Assembly (NCBI GenBank): GCA_965208615.1
Contig: CBDBPB010000007.1
Coordinates: 160,001-224,000 of the forward strand
Direction: 5' to 3'
DNA from: Spirochaetota bacterium
Lineage (GTDB): Bacteria > Spirochaetota > UBA6919 > CBDBPB01
DNA length: 64,000 nucleotides
Numbering within the stretch: position 1 is the stretch's first letter; each line of letters starts with the position of its first letter. A program made the translations under genes and the position numbers. Of the stretch, positions 63,536-64,000 are shown one piece after another. The notes under the pieces are model-generated. The model did not search any database and was not told the DNA's origin. It saw nothing but the letters and a program-made list of their open reading frames with translations.

Positions 63536-64000
63536 ATGAAGAAGGTTATTTTTTTGACTTTACTTGTATTGGTTTTTGCCGTACAAAGTTTTGCTCAGTC
63601 CTTAGAGGATGACTATGATAGAAGAGAGGGTGCTGTTGATCCTTTTGAAAGCGAAGATAAAGGTACTCAGGACAAGAAAATTGAACAGATTATTGCAAGG
63701 ATTAATAGGGGTGATCAAACTGTATTAAGACTGGTTACTTTTGATACTTTTCAACTTGTTCATAATCGTTTACTTGCAAAGGCTAAGGCTGTTGGTGGTA
63801 GTGCTAAGTATTACCATATTGCTGGTAGTAGAAGGGCTCTTTCTGCTTATATTGGAGGTTTTGATAATCAAGACCCTAAGGTTCGTCTAAAATGTATTGG
63901 TTATCTTGGTGACTGGGTAGATGAAGTAGGAAAGGATTTGGGGTTAATTGAAAAAGAAATTGATAAACGTTTGAGTAGTAATATTGAAACAAGAAAAGAA
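63536..64000 (+). CDS. Exported HEAT-like repeat protein, runs off the right edge
   Basis: SD GGAGG; MKKVIFLTLLVLVFAVQSFA signal; NQDPKVRLKCIGYL motif. Confidence 0.75.
   Translation, partial: MKKVIFLTLLVLVFAVQSFAQSLEDDYDRREGAVDPFESEDKGTQDKKIEQIIARINRGDQTVLRLVTFDTFQLVHNRLLAKAKAVGGSAKYYHIAGSRRALSAYIGGFDNQDPKVRLKCIGYLGDWVDEVGKDLGLIEKEIDKRLSSNIETRKE

Overview
AT-rich bacterial chromosome segment, most likely Spirochaetota. That placement is an inference from tRNA-Arg(TCG), the spirochete-style SSB and PBP1A, a stand-alone groEL and Bdr-like genes. Bases 1-11023 are a phage-derived island with contractile tail tube and sheath genes, a lysis cassette, a Xis-like HTH gene, a CI-like repressor and Mu-like early genes (DUF3102, GemA-like). 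No terminase, portal, capsid or transposase gene is visible. Between lysis and tail, where head genes usually lie, there is an opposite-strand head-to-tail array of 7 nearly identical membrane-anchored coiled-coil genes (Bdr/DUF1640-like) whose stalks differ only by whole 7- and 11-residue modules. The lysis and tail operons share one promoter signature, GGCAAG-N8-(TGCTAY)x3 at 9-bp pitch, which suggests a domesticated, co-regulated headless tail particle. Next come a structured repeat-hairpin RNA, 7 tRNAs, tig, a repeat-flanked metalloprotease, tyrS, amgK/murU-like genes, a porin, ATP-citrate lyase aclBA, groEL, folB, a CDF transporter and a BioC-like methyltransferase. An extended ECF sigma / TPR-CHAT protease / lipoprotein module follows, then PBP1A with a 17x30-bp repeat tail, signalling genes, rpsF-ssb-rpsR-rplI-dnaB-mlaE, rpiB, aroE, two tRNA-Met and large exported HEAT-like repeat proteins. 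Frameshifts cluster at about 24.4-27.3 kb and 52-58.5 kb and look like long-read consensus errors. No database searches were run; family names come from motif recognition.
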